Positions 17,581-27,970 of a stretch of DNA of 64,000 bases are shown here, in pieces. The notes beneath the pieces were generated by a model. That model made no database searches. It was not told the DNA's origin and saw only the letters and a program-made list of their open reading frames with translations. Location: the IMG/VR virus record IMGVR_UViG_3300024255_000002; one strand, given 5' to 3'. Position 1 is the stretch's first letter. Each line of letters begins with the position of its first letter. This DNA is from a virus. Position numbers and translations under genes: made by a program.

Positions 17581-20082
17581 ATGAATCTAGCGAGCCATTT
17601 CTATACAAGTGTTTTAGAGCATAAAGGTAAACTTCTTATAAGAGGTGTTGCCAACGGAGAGTCGTATCTAAGTAGGATCAATTATAGACCAACTTTGTTT
17701 ATGCCTAGTAAAACACAAACGGCATACAAGTCACTAGACAATATACAATTGGCACCTAAAAGATTTGATTCTATTTCAAAGGCAAAACATTTTTATGACG
17801 AGTATAAATCTATTCCAGAATATAAAATCTATGGAATGAATCGTTATCAATATCAATATATTGCTGACGAATATAAAGACGACATAAGATGGAACAAAGA
17901 TTATATTAAGATATTCACACTTGACATAGAAACCGAGTGTGAGAACGGCTTTCCCGATCCTGATACTGCAAAAGAAACTATTATTTGTATAACAGTTAAG
18001 AACCATAGTAACAAACAAATTCTTACATGGGGAACTGGTGACTTTATTGCTAAAAAAGCAAATGTAACTTATATCAAATGTCAAAATGAAAAACATCTTC
18101 TATTAGAGTTTCTAAAATTCTGGTGTAAAAATCATCCTGATATATTGACTGGTTGGAATGTTAGATTTTTTGACATGCCATATTTGATGAATAGAATGAG
18201 ATACCTTTTTGATAATGATACTATTAACAAAATGTCACCTTGGAATTATGTTAATGCTGATCGTGTTCAAATGGGTCAAAACAATAAACAGTATTGGAAT
18301 ATATTAGGTGTTTCTATATTAGATTACTTTGAACTGTATAGAAAATTTACCTATGTAAGGCAAGAGTCTTATAAACTAGATTACATTGGTAAAGTAGAAC
18401 TAGGCGAACAGAAATTAGAAAATCCTTACGATACATTTAAAGAGTTTTATACAAAAGATTATCAAAAGTTTGTAGAATATAATATCCAAGACGTTGAACT
18501 TGTTGATAAACTAGAAGATAAAATGCGTTTGATTGAGTTATGTTTAACTATGGCATACGATTACAAAGTAAACTATAACGATGTGTATTCGCAAGTAAGA
18601 TGTTGGGATACATTAATCTATAATCATCTAAGAAAAAAGAATATAGTAATACCACCAAGAGAAGACCATGAGAAGTCAACTCAATACGAAGGTGCGTATG
18701 TAAAAGACCCACAACCAGGATTGCATGAATGGATTTGTTCGTTTGATTTGAACTCACTATATCCACACTTGATTATGGAATATAATATAAGTCCTGAAAT
18801 GTTCGCTGGTGTAGAACCTAGATCAGTAGGTGTAGAAAACTTCTTAGCAGAAAAACTAAATCTTAATTTTGCAAAAGATAAGAATGTTACCATTGCACCA
18901 AACGGCGCCATGTTTAAAAAAGATAAACAAGGTTTCTTGCCTGAACTAATGGAAAAAATGTATACCGATCGTGTTGTTTATAAAAAGAAAATGATCGAAG
19001 CAAAAAAAGAATTTCAAAAGACAAAGGATCCTATCTATTCAAATGAGATTGCAAGATGTAATAATATTCAAATGGCAAAAAAGATTTCTCTAAACTCTGC
19101 TTATGGTGCCATTGGTAATCAATACTTTAGATACTTTGATGTTAAACAGGCAGAAGCAATCACACTTGGTGGTCAGTTGGCAATTCGTTGGGTAGAACGT
19201 GATGTAAATGCATTTATGAATAAGATATTACAAACAACCAATGTAAATTATGTTGTTGCGTCTGATACAGATTCTATCTACTTAAAACTAGATAAGTTAG
19301 TTGAAAAAGTTTGTAAAGATAAATCAATTGATCAAGTTGTAGATTTTATTAACAAGGCCGCTGAAGAAAAAATACAAAAAGTAATTGATAAGAGTTATGA
19401 AAAACTTGCCGAATATATTAATGCGTATGATCAAAAAATGATTATGAAACGAGAGGCAATTGCAAACAAAGGTATATGGGTTGCTAAAAAACGTTACATG
19501 ATGAACGTATTTGATGAAGAAGGTATTAGATTTGAATCACCTAAGTTAAAGATTATGGGTGTTGAGGCAGTTAAGTCATCAACTCCAGAGGTTTGCCGAG
19601 GTAAAATTAAAGACGCAATTAAAATTATTATGAACTCAACGCAAGATGATTTGATTAAGTTTGTTGCAGATTTCAAAAAAGATTTCTTTAAATTAAAACC
19701 TGAAGAAATTGCCTTTCCTAGATCGTGTAATAATATTGACAAGTATATAGATTCTTCAAATCTGTATATAAAAGGAACTCCAATACATGTAAAAGGTTCT
19801 TTAATATACAATCATTATCTAAGAACTCATAAATTAGAATCTAAATATCCATTAATTAAAGATGGTGAAAAAATAAAATTCTTAATGTTGAAGTTGCCTA
19901 ATCCTGTAAAAGATACTGTGATTGCATTTTCAACTAAAATACCAAAAGAGTTTAACCTACACAAGTATGTTGACTATGATGTTCAATTTGAAAAAACATT
20001 TTCTGATCCATTGAGGTTTATCTTAAATGCTATCAACTGGAAACTTGAAGAAGAAGCAACACTAGAGGCATTTTTCGAATGA
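17581..20082 (+). CDS. gp43: Family B DNA polymerase gp43
   Basis: Exo I DIET; pol motifs FDLNSLYP, KISLNSAYG, SDTDS; single chain with no intein apparent. Confidence 0.97.
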   Translation: MNLASHFYTSVLEHKGKLLIRGVANGESYLSRINYRPTLFMPSKTQTAYKSLDNIQLAPKRFDSISKAKHFYDEYKSIPEYKIYGMNRYQYQYIADEYKDDIRWNKDYIKIFTLDIETECENGFPDPDTAKETIICITVKNHSNKQILTWGTGDFIAKKANVTYIKCQNEKHLLLEFLKFWCKNHPDILTGWNVRFFDMPYLMNRMRYLFDNDTINKMSPWNYVNADRVQMGQNNKQYWNILGVSILDYFELYRKFTYVRQESYKLDYIGKVELGEQKLENPYDTFKEFYTKDYQKFVEYNIQDVELVDKLEDKMRLIELCLTMAYDYKVNYNDVYSQVRCWDTLIYNHLRKKNIVIPPREDHEKSTQYEGAYVKDPQPGLHEWICSFDLNSLYPHLIMEYNISPEMFAGVEPRSVGVENFLAEKLNLNFAKDKNVTIAPNGAMFKKDKQGFLPELMEKMYTDRVVYKKKMIEAKKEFQKTKDPIYSNEIARCNNIQMAKKISLNSAYGAIGNQYFRYFDVKQAEAITLGGQLAIRWVERDVNAFMNKILQTTNVNYVVASDTDSIYLKLDKLVEKVCKDKSIDQVVDFINKAAEEKIQKVIDKSYEKLAEYINAYDQKMIMKREAIANKGIWVAKKRYMMNVFDEEGIRFESPKLKIMGVEAVKSSTPEVCRGKIKDAIKIIMNSTQDDLIKFVADFKKDFFKLKPEEIAFPRSCNNIDKYIDSSNLYIKGTPIHVKGSLIYNHYLRTHKLESKYPLIKDGEKIKFLMLKLPNPVKDTVIAFSTKIPKEFNLHKYVDYDVQFEKTFSDPLRFILNAINWKLEEEATLEAFFE

Positions 20083-20231
20083 CAAATGCCATAATACTAT
20101 TAATGCTATTTTATATGAGTATCTGGTTATTTTTTCATTGGGGTGAAAGGCTTGCAATGACAAGAATAGATACTAAAGCATTTTTAATTATAATATTGAC
20201 AATATGGATATCGATAAAAAGTATAACGTAA
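20079..20231 (+). CDS. Small two-TM membrane protein (50 aa; not in ORF track)
   Basis: MTNAIILLMLFYMSIWLFFHWGERLAMTRIDTKAFLIIILTIWISIKSIT; ATGA overlap with the gp43 stop. Confidence 0.55.
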   Translation: MTNAIILLMLFYMSIWLFFHWGERLAMTRIDTKAFLIIILTIWISIKSIT

Positions 20232-20746
20232 TATATGCCGACCCACCATGGTCGTTTAAAACTTATTCTGACAAGGGCAAAGATAGAAGTCCTGAAAATC
20301 ATTATAACGTTATGTCTTTACAGGACATAAAAGATTTGCCAGTAAATAAGATTGCAAATGATGATTCAGTTTTATTAATGTGGGTCATTGATCCTTTATT
20401 AGATAAAGCATTTGAAGTAATAAACGCATGGGGTTTTAAATATAAAACTGTTGCCTTTACATGGGCAAAGACAAATAAAACTAAACCAGGATTCTTTACA
20501 GGATTAGGATATTGGACTAGAGGTAATCCTGAAATGTGTTTACTTGCCACAAAAGGTAAACCTAAAAGACTAAGTAAGTCTGTGCCACAACTAGTTGTAG
20601 AACAACGGAGAGAACATAGCAGAAAACCAGATATAATGTACAACCATATAGAGAATTTACTAGAGGGACCTTATATTGAAATGTTTGCTAGAACACAAAA
20701 ACCTGGTTGGGATGCATGGGGTAATCAACTTGACAAATTTAAATAA
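20204..20746 (+). CDS. MT-A70 family N6-adenine methyltransferase
   Basis: YADPPW, LLMWV, FTWAK, HSRKP, IEMFAR, GWDAWGNQ. Confidence 0.92.
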   Translation: MDIDKKYNVIYADPPWSFKTYSDKGKDRSPENHYNVMSLQDIKDLPVNKIANDDSVLLMWVIDPLLDKAFEVINAWGFKYKTVAFTWAKTNKTKPGFFTGLGYWTRGNPEMCLLATKGKPKRLSKSVPQLVVEQRREHSRKPDIMYNHIENLLEGPYIEMFARTQKPGWDAWGNQLDKFK

Positions 20747-20762
20747 TGTGTTATAATATAGT

Positions 20763-22028
20763 ATGAATTATCTGAAAAAATATGCAAATGAAAACAAGTT
20801 GCCTATAATGGATCAACAGACATTTGAGTCCATTACAAACGAAATAGGCAAAGAAAAATTTAGAGAAGACCTAGCAGAATATATTTCTGTTGTTAGGCCT
20901 GTATATCCTTTAAAACAAATCTCATATGATATAATGAGACAATCATTTAAGAGTTTACAAAAACAAGATGTTTGGGAATATATTAAACCATTAGAACAAT
21001 TAGAAAAAAGTGTTAAAGAAAAATATGATGATTTAAAATATAACTTCAAAGACCATGGTCTAGGTGTTATAGACGCACCATCTATTTACAATGACGTTTC
21101 AAATCATTTTCACCAAGAGTTGAGATTAAATTGCTCAAGTTATAGTTTCAAAGGACCTTTAGATGTATGGTATAAAGGAACTGCAAAAGATATATGGCGA
21201 TGTTTAGGACCTATATGGCGTGGTATCAATAATATGAAACCTGCTATGATAGATGGCAAACAAGAACTAAGAGGTGGTAACTTATCAGAATCAAGTTACA
21301 TGAGTGCATTTAGATTAGGAACTTATATTGCAACACAATTTAAACCTAATGTTGCAAAAGCAATATATCAAATGACAGACGCAAAAAGAGTATTAGATAC
21401 TTCATGTGGTTGGGGTGATAGACTTGCTGGTTTCTTTACTAGTGACGCTGAAGAATATATCGGTTGCGATCCTAATCCTAACACTTACAAACTATACATG
21501 AAACAGATAGAAGTTTACAATAGTTTTTTACCAGAAGAAAAACAGAAAAAAGTTACTATCTATAATTGTGGTGCTGAAGATTTGCCATGGGATGAAATAA
21601 AAGATATTGATTGTGCCTTTACAAGTCCACCTTATTTCTCAACTGAAAGATATAATGAAGGTGGTGAAAAAGAAGAAAATCAATCATGGTTTAAATTTGA
21701 TGAATATGCTAAATGGCGTGATGACTTTTATTTACCAGTTGCACAAAAAAGTTTTGAGAGATCAAAACATATGTTTGTAAACATTATGGATCCAACAATT
21801 AAAGGTAAGAGATATTTTAGTTGTGATGAATTAGTTGATAGTTTAAAAGATAACTTTGTAGGACAAATCGGTATGAGAATAATGCAAAGACCTAAGTCAG
21901 ATAAACTATTTGAAAGTGAAGAAGCAAAAGCAGAATTTATGAATCGTATTTTTATTGAAAACGTTTGGTGTTTTTCAAAAGAAAAATTAGATTACTTTAG
22001 ACACAGTAGAAAAGCAACCTTGTTTTAA
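20763..22028 (+). CDS. Amino DNA methyltransferase (paralog of 6362..7447)
   Basis: TQFKP, LDTSCGWGDRL, FTSPPYF; own promoter TTGACA-N16-TATAAT (20730-20757). Confidence 0.85.
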   Translation: MNYLKKYANENKLPIMDQQTFESITNEIGKEKFREDLAEYISVVRPVYPLKQISYDIMRQSFKSLQKQDVWEYIKPLEQLEKSVKEKYDDLKYNFKDHGLGVIDAPSIYNDVSNHFHQELRLNCSSYSFKGPLDVWYKGTAKDIWRCLGPIWRGINNMKPAMIDGKQELRGGNLSESSYMSAFRLGTYIATQFKPNVAKAIYQMTDAKRVLDTSCGWGDRLAGFFTSDAEEYIGCDPNPNTYKLYMKQIEVYNSFLPEEKQKKVTIYNCGAEDLPWDEIKDIDCAFTSPPYFSTERYNEGGEKEENQSWFKFDEYAKWRDDFYLPVAQKSFERSKHMFVNIMDPTIKGKRYFSCDELVDSLKDNFVGQIGMRIMQRPKSDKLFESEEAKAEFMNRIFIENVWCFSKEKLDYFRHSRKATLF

Positions 22029-22033
22029 TAAAT

Positions 22034-22366
22034 ATGACCATGTCAATAACAAAAATAGATTACGAAGATAAAAAAGAATATTGGGATTACCAAAGACTTT
22101 TAGAATATAATAGAGAACTATTACAAAAAAGATTAAATAGAGTTGATGGTAAAATATTTGGTCCTTTAGGTAGAGTTGACGCAGATGAATTTTTTGATAG
22201 TATATGGGCAACTGTTTCAAATGATGATTTAGAAGAAGCACCTGAAGAATGGATACCAAGTGATCCTAAATTGAGATTTGAATGGGAAAAAGCACCTAAA
22301 AAGATTAAAAAAAAAATAGTGAAGTCAGGTAAAAGCGTTTCAGGAAACGTATTTAAAGAGTATTGA
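22034..22366 (+). CDS. Hypothetical protein
   Basis: ORF in operon. Confidence 0.65.
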   Translation: MTMSITKIDYEDKKEYWDYQRLLEYNRELLQKRLNRVDGKIFGPLGRVDADEFFDSIWATVSNDDLEEAPEEWIPSDPKLRFEWEKAPKKIKKKIVKSGKSVSGNVFKEY

Positions 22367-22391
22367 CAAAATAAAGAAAATGTGTTATACT
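22363..22391 (+). promoter_or_regulatory. sigma70 promoter for uvsX-gp41
   Basis: TTGACA-N17-TATACT. Confidence 0.7.
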
Positions 22392-22427
22392 AGAAGTATA
22401 AAATGTTTGTTATAAAAGGAGAACAAG

Positions 22428-23447
22428 ATGAGTGATTTTTTAAAAGATATAATAAAAGAAACAGGTAATGAATACGCTACACTGATTAGTGAGGGTATTG
22501 AAGCAGGTGATGTAGATAGTTTTATTGATACAGGTTCTCACGCCTTAAATGCTTTATTATCAGGTTCTATATATGGTGGTATGCCATCAAACAAAATAAC
22601 AGCGATTGCTGGTGAAGCTGCAACAGGTAAAACTTTCTTTGCATTAGGAATTGTAAAAGCATTTTTAGATAAAAATAAAGAGGCAGGTGTAATTTACTTT
22701 GAATCAGAAAGTGCATTAACAAAAGATTTAGTTGAGGCAAGAGGTATCGATAGTAAAAGAATGGTAGTTGTGCCAGTTGCAACAGTACAAGAATTTAGAC
22801 ATCAATCAATAAAGGTTGTTGACAAATATTTAGAACAGGATGCTTCTAAAAGAAAACCTTTAATGTTTGTATTAGATAGTTTAGGTATGCTATCTACAAC
22901 AAAAGAAATGGAAGACACAGCAGAGGGTAAAGAAACTAGAGACATGACAAGATCACAAATTGTCAAGGCCGCATTTAGAGTATTAACATTGAAACTAGGT
23001 AAAGCAAAAGTTCCTATGATTATGACAAACCATACTTATGATGTTATTGGTTCAATGTTTCCACAAAAAGAAATGGGTGGTGGTTCTGGTTTAAAGTATG
23101 CTGCTTCTAATATTGTTTATCTTTCAAAACGTAAAGAAAAAGATGGCAAAGAAGTTGTGGGTAATATTATTCACTGTAAGAATTACAAGTCAAGGTTAAC
23201 AAAAGAAAATGCTTTAATAGATGTTAGATTAACATATAAAGATGGCCTTGATAAGTATTATGGGTTGCTTGATCTTGCATTGAAACATGAAATATTTAAA
23301 TCTGTTTCAACAAGAATTGAGTTACCAGATGGTACAAAACAATATGCTAAGACAATTAATAACGAACCCGAAAAGTTTTTTACTAAAGACATTCTTAAGC
23401 AGATTGATGAAGTAGCTAAAAAAGAGTTTCTATATGGACAAGACTAA
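22428..23447 (+). CDS. uvsX: RecA-like recombinase UvsX
   Basis: [31 protein letters not shown]. Confidence 0.95.
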   Translation: MSDFLKDIIKETGNEYATLISEGIEAGDVDSFIDTGSHALNALLSGSIYGGMPSNKITAIAGEAATGKTFFALGIVKAFLDKNKEAGVIYFESESALTKDLVEARGIDSKRMVVVPVATVQEFRHQSIKVVDKYLEQDASKRKPLMFVLDSLGMLSTTKEMEDTAEGKETRDMTRSQIVKAAFRVLTLKLGKAKVPMIMTNHTYDVIGSMFPQKEMGGGSGLKYAASNIVYLSKRKEKDGKEVVGNIIHCKNYKSRLTKENALIDVRLTYKDGLDKYYGLLDLALKHEIFKSVSTRIELPDGTKQYAKTINNEPEKFFTKDILKQIDEVAKKEFLYGQD

Positions 23448-23727
23448 GAAAAAATATCATTATGCTCAACGTGACGTTGACGATTATTCGTGTATCAAAA
23501 TCAGCGAAGGAAAATATGAAGGTGTTATTTACACTTATGGTAAGGTTATGTTTGCTTCTGAAGCAAATCAACAAGACAAGTTACCATTAAAGTTTGAATA
23601 TACTGTTAAGAAAAATCCTAAAGGTGTTGATACCGAATCTGAGGAATTTAGAACGTTGATCGGTGATATATTAGTCGATGAAATAGAGGGACAATTAAAA
23701 GATGGAAAGCTACAACTCAACAAGTAA
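23434..23727 (+). CDS. gp40-like head vertex assembly protein / hypothetical
   Basis: Syntenic position between uvsX and gp41 as in T4; size compatible. Confidence 0.5.
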   Translation: MDKTKKKYHYAQRDVDDYSCIKISEGKYEGVIYTYGKVMFASEANQQDKLPLKFEYTVKKNPKGVDTESEEFRTLIGDILVDEIEGQLKDGKLQLNK

Positions 23728-25108
23728 ATTTGAACAAACAATTTTAACCAATCTTATTCATAACGAAGAATTTGCCAGAAAGGCAGTTCCTTTTTTAAAA
23801 GATGAATACTTTAAAGATAGTGTTGAGATTACGTTATTCAATATTATAAATAACTTTATAGGAAAATATAATAATCTTCCTACTAAAGAGGCGATCGGTA
23901 TTGAATTATCAAATTTAAAAACAATTACCGAAGAAGAACATAATCAAGCAAAATCATTATTAAACACTTTGAATTATGAAGAAGTGGATCCAAATTGGCT
24001 GATCGATACAACTGAAAAGTTTTGTAAAGATCGTGCTGTATATAATGCTGTATTATCAGGTATAAGGATTATAGATGGTAAAGATAAAAAACACACTCCC
24101 GAGGCGATACCGAGCATCCTTAGTGAGGCTCTTGCTGTTTCTTTTGATCAGCATATTGGCCATGATTATCTAAAACAACCAGATGTTAGATTTGATTATT
24201 ATCACAAAGTTGAACAACGTCTAAGATTTGATTTAAACTATTTCAATCGTATTACAAAAGGTGGATTACCACCTAAGACACTTAATGTTGCTCTTGCAGG
24301 AACAGGTGTTGGTAAGTCGTTGTTTATGTGTCATGTTGCTTCTTCAATGTTAGCACAAGGCAGAAACGTCTTATATATCACTTTAGAAATGGCAGAGGAG
24401 AGAATAGCCGAGAGGATTGATGCTAATCTATTAGATGTGACTATTGATGATCTATATCAAATGCCAAGAGACCTATATGACAATAAGATCAACAAAATGC
24501 AATCTAAGATAAATGGTCAATTAATCATCAAAGAATATCCAACTGCGTCTGCTCATAGTGGTCACTTTAAATCATTATTTGATGAACTGTCTTTAAAGAA
24601 ATCTTTTAAACCAGATATTGTATTCATAGATTATTTGAATATATGTACAAGTGCAAGATTTAAAGGTGGTAATATTAATTCATATACAATGATTAAATCT
24701 ATTGCTGAAGAACTTAGAGGACTTGCTGTTCAATACAATGTTCCTATTGTGTCTGCTACACAAACAACTAGAACTGGTTTTATGTCAAGTGATGTAGGAC
24801 TAGAAGATACATCAGAAAGTTTTGGTCTACCTGCAACTGCTGACTTTATGTTTGCCTTAATCTCAAATGAAGAACTTGAAGAACTAGGACAAATGAAAGT
24901 TAAACAATTAAAAAATCGTTACAATGATCCTGGTATTAATCGTGCCTTTATCATTGGTGTTGATAGATCAAAAATGAGATTGTATGATGTAGAAAACAAT
25001 GCTCAACAAATAGTAGATAGTAACCAAGAGTCACAGGAGAAGATAGATACACCATCTGGTCCTCAACCTGTTGACCCTTACGATAAATTTTCAGGATTTA
25101 AAGTATGA
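23702..25108 (+). CDS. gp41: Replicative DnaB-like helicase gp41
   Basis: AGTGVGKS, ITLEMAEE, FIDYLNI, SESFGLPATAD, KQLKNRY. Confidence 0.96.
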   Translation: MESYNSTSKFEQTILTNLIHNEEFARKAVPFLKDEYFKDSVEITLFNIINNFIGKYNNLPTKEAIGIELSNLKTITEEEHNQAKSLLNTLNYEEVDPNWLIDTTEKFCKDRAVYNAVLSGIRIIDGKDKKHTPEAIPSILSEALAVSFDQHIGHDYLKQPDVRFDYYHKVEQRLRFDLNYFNRITKGGLPPKTLNVALAGTGVGKSLFMCHVASSMLAQGRNVLYITLEMAEERIAERIDANLLDVTIDDLYQMPRDLYDNKINKMQSKINGQLIIKEYPTASAHSGHFKSLFDELSLKKSFKPDIVFIDYLNICTSARFKGGNINSYTMIKSIAEELRGLAVQYNVPIVSATQTTRTGFMSSDVGLEDTSESFGLPATADFMFALISNEELEELGQMKVKQLKNRYNDPGINRAFIIGVDRSKMRLYDVENNAQQIVDSNQESQEKIDTPSGPQPVDPYDKFSGFKV

Positions 25109-25389
25109 TAAAAAAGAAACCATCAATATATTATAAGGCACAAATGGTAAAATTAAAAGGTAAGATTATCTGGCGTGCCGTAGAAATGCCTAGTAAACTT
25201 GTTTTCAAAGAGTCTTTTTTTGAAGAAGATATAAAAGAGATTGTCAAATTTCAAAATCAAAATAAGACATTTGGAGCATTTGGGCTTCCACCATTTTTTG
25301 ATCTAAGAAATAGTAATGAAAAACTATCAGATAATGGTAAAAGCAAATACAACTCCCCACCAAGAACTAGAGGTAGAAGTCGTGCATAA
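25105..25389 (+). CDS. Hypothetical protein
   Basis: ATGA overlap with gp41. Confidence 0.6.
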   Translation: MIKKKPSIYYKAQMVKLKGKIIWRAVEMPSKLVFKESFFEEDIKEIVKFQNQNKTFGAFGLPPFFDLRNSNEKLSDNGKSKYNSPPRTRGRSRA

Positions 25390-25397
25390 ATATATGC

Positions 25398-26642
25398 ATG
25401 CCAAACTTAAATAATATAAGCGTTAAAGAAGGAGAATTTACTGCTATGCAGGAAAAGGCAACTGCCTTTATATTCAAACGTTCTTATTTACCACCTAAAA
25501 AAAGATTTAAATCAGCGGAAGATATTGTTAAAGATAAAGACACTGTAAAAGGTTTAAAAGAAATATTTGTGTTTAACAATAAACAACTGTTTAACTACAC
25601 ACTCCCCTGGTCTCAAAACCAAGAAAAAGTTTGGTTTGAAACTTTTTATAAACAACATGAAAAGATATTAGATGTTTTTCCTAATGCTAAATTTACTATT
25701 TTTGATAGAGACGATAAAAATGGTTTTATGGAATGGTTTCAAAAACTCATAAAAGATTACTTCAGAATATCAAAGAAAGATAGTTATAATCCTGCTGATA
25801 TTTGGTTAATAGATAAAAAAGAAGTTAATAGAAAAACCATAATAAAAGAATTAAACCAAGATTCTGCTACAAGAACCCTTACAGAATTAAATCAAGTAAT
25901 GAGATCACTATACAATGAAAAAAAAGTTGTGGGACTTTCTTTAAAATTAGTATCAGGACAAACAGCAAAGTATGAAAGAGTAAACCTTGATGATAAGTTT
26001 TTTAAAGATTTAGAAGCTAAAAAAGGTGTATATGATTATAAACTTAGTGATATAAAAATGGACTTAACTACCATTGGATCAGGAAAAAGAGCCAATTGGA
26101 AAACACAGGACACAGTTATTTCTCTAAGTCTTAACAATTCGATAAAAGTAAAATTTCAAGTTAAAGGAAACGGAACTTCTAAATTTGAAAATTTAAAAAT
26201 TGAAGGAACGGGTGTTGGGGAAAAGGCAAGACTTGGTAAAGCACCTCTACTACTTATTTCTAAATTAACAAGTGGTAAACCATATAAGAAAACATTTCAA
26301 AACAGATTTGCTGATTTTCCAAAAGATACAAAAGAGTTTATAAAACAATCTAAAAAATATAATAATATGTTTAGTGAACTAGTAGCAAATTGTAAAAAAA
26401 ATAATATAAGATTAGTAACTAATATATTACCTAAAGATTTTACAAAGCAGATGAAGATTGCTTTTGACGGAGAGAAACCTTGGATTGCAAATTCTAAATT
26501 AATGCAATTAACCTTTGTTCATACGATTTGTTCAATGGTAAACAAAGATATGATGGATGAATATGTTACTGATATTTTATTCTTGTCTAAAAAAGAAGGA
26601 AGAAATATCTTTCAATTTGGCCCTTTTGGTAAACTATATTAG
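25398..26642 (+). CDS. Putative PD-(D/E)XK nuclease-like protein
   Basis: YNPADIWL...VGLSLK motif; late-like CATAAATA 25385-25392. Confidence 0.5.
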   Translation: MPNLNNISVKEGEFTAMQEKATAFIFKRSYLPPKKRFKSAEDIVKDKDTVKGLKEIFVFNNKQLFNYTLPWSQNQEKVWFETFYKQHEKILDVFPNAKFTIFDRDDKNGFMEWFQKLIKDYFRISKKDSYNPADIWLIDKKEVNRKTIIKELNQDSATRTLTELNQVMRSLYNEKKVVGLSLKLVSGQTAKYERVNLDDKFFKDLEAKKGVYDYKLSDIKMDLTTIGSGKRANWKTQDTVISLSLNNSIKVKFQVKGNGTSKFENLKIEGTGVGEKARLGKAPLLLISKLTSGKPYKKTFQNRFADFPKDTKEFIKQSKKYNNMFSELVANCKKNNIRLVTNILPKDFTKQMKIAFDGEKPWIANSKLMQLTFVHTICSMVNKDMMDEYVTDILFLSKKEGRNIFQFGPFGKLY

Positions 26643-26716
26643 TATAAATAGTCATAAAAAAGATTGTATTTGTTTATGGAATAGTGCTTGACAAATAGCA
26701 CTAAATTTGATATAAT
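26643..26716 (+). promoter_or_regulatory. Tandem late (TATAAATA) and sigma70 promoters
   Basis: TATAAATA 26643-26650; TTGACA(26688)-N17-TATAAT(26711), with the -35 inside inverted repeat tagtgct/agcacta. Confidence 0.7.
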
Positions 26717-26743
26717 ATATTATATGGATAACGTGGGAGAAAC

Positions 26744-27967
26744 ATGCAAAGTTTTAAACAATATTTAAGTGAGGCTAAAAATACTCATTTAGAACATTTA
26801 GAAGATTCTATCATTAATGATGGATATGAAGGTGGTGTTAATGCCATTACATTTCTTAAATCATTAAGAGATATGCTTATCGGATCGTCAAGTAGAGGAT
26901 TAAACGTTTCAGTAAAATGGGACGGTGCTCCTGCTGTGATCTGTGGTATCAATCCTGAAAACGGCAAATTCTTTGTTGGATCAAAATCAGTATTCAACGT
27001 AACTCCCAAAATAAATTATACATCTGCTGATATTAGAAGAAATCACACAGGCGGACTTGCTGAAAAATTACAAGTTGCATTAGTAGAATTAAAGAAATTA
27101 GGAATCAAAGGCGTTGTTCAAGGTGACTTTTTATACACTAACAATGAATTAAAAAGTGCCAACATAAGAGGTGAAAGTGTTTTAACTTTTACACCTAATA
27201 CAATCACATATGCTGTGCCTGTAGATAGTACAATAGGTAAAAGAATTGCCTCTGCTAAAATGGGTATCATATTTCACACAACATACACTGGTAGAAAAAT
27301 GGCAGACTTAAAAGCAAACTTTGGTGTGAACGTAAGTTCATTTAGAAAAACATCATCTGTATTTTTTGATGACGCAGGATACAAAGACGCTTCAGGTGTT
27401 GCTACATTTACAACTGCTGAAAGTGAAAGATATGACGCAATGTTAAGAATGGCATTTGGTTCTGTAAGTAAAGGCAGACCAATATTAAACTTATTAAGTA
27501 AACAACAAAATTTATATTCTGTTGGTGCTAGACTTAAAATATTTTTCAATGACTTTATTAGAAGAGGTCAATCAATAGAAAATGTAAGTAAGTTAGTATC
27601 ACAATTTAGAACATATTATATTAGTGTTTTAGACAAAGAAATATCGGCAAGAAAAACACAAAATGCAAAAGATAAATTTGAAGCAATCAAAAATGAAGGA
27701 CTAAAATTTATGGAAAAAAATGAAGTCGGTATATATTTTGCCATTGCTAGTTATGTGACATTACAAAGAGTAAAAGATTTCTTAATAAACAAAATGAATC
27801 AAATAAAAAGTATAGGAACATTTTTACAAAAAGACAATGGGTTTGAAGTTACAAATCCAGAAGGATATGTTGCCGTAGATAGAATGGGCAACGCTGTAAA
27901 ACTAGTTGATAGATTAGAGTTTAGTACTGCTAACTTTAATATTTCTAAGAACTGGATAAAAGGATAA
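26744..27967 (+). CDS. Conserved T4-like protein (DUF6267-like) with ATP-dependent ligase-type nucleotidyltransferase motifs
   Basis: N-terminus MQSFKQYLSEA; KWDG (motif I KxDG), QGDF, PEGYV (motif IV), VKLV (motif V). Confidence 0.65.
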   Translation: MQSFKQYLSEAKNTHLEHLEDSIINDGYEGGVNAITFLKSLRDMLIGSSSRGLNVSVKWDGAPAVICGINPENGKFFVGSKSVFNVTPKINYTSADIRRNHTGGLAEKLQVALVELKKLGIKGVVQGDFLYTNNELKSANIRGESVLTFTPNTITYAVPVDSTIGKRIASAKMGIIFHTTYTGRKMADLKANFGVNVSSFRKTSSVFFDDAGYKDASGVATFTTAESERYDAMLRMAFGSVSKGRPILNLLSKQQNLYSVGARLKIFFNDFIRRGQSIENVSKLVSQFRTYYISVLDKEISARKTQNAKDKFEAIKNEGLKFMEKNEVGIYFAIASYVTLQRVKDFLINKMNQIKSIGTFLQKDNGFEVTNPEGYVAVDRMGNAVKLVDRLEFSTANFNISKNWIKG

Positions 27968-27970
27968 GAT

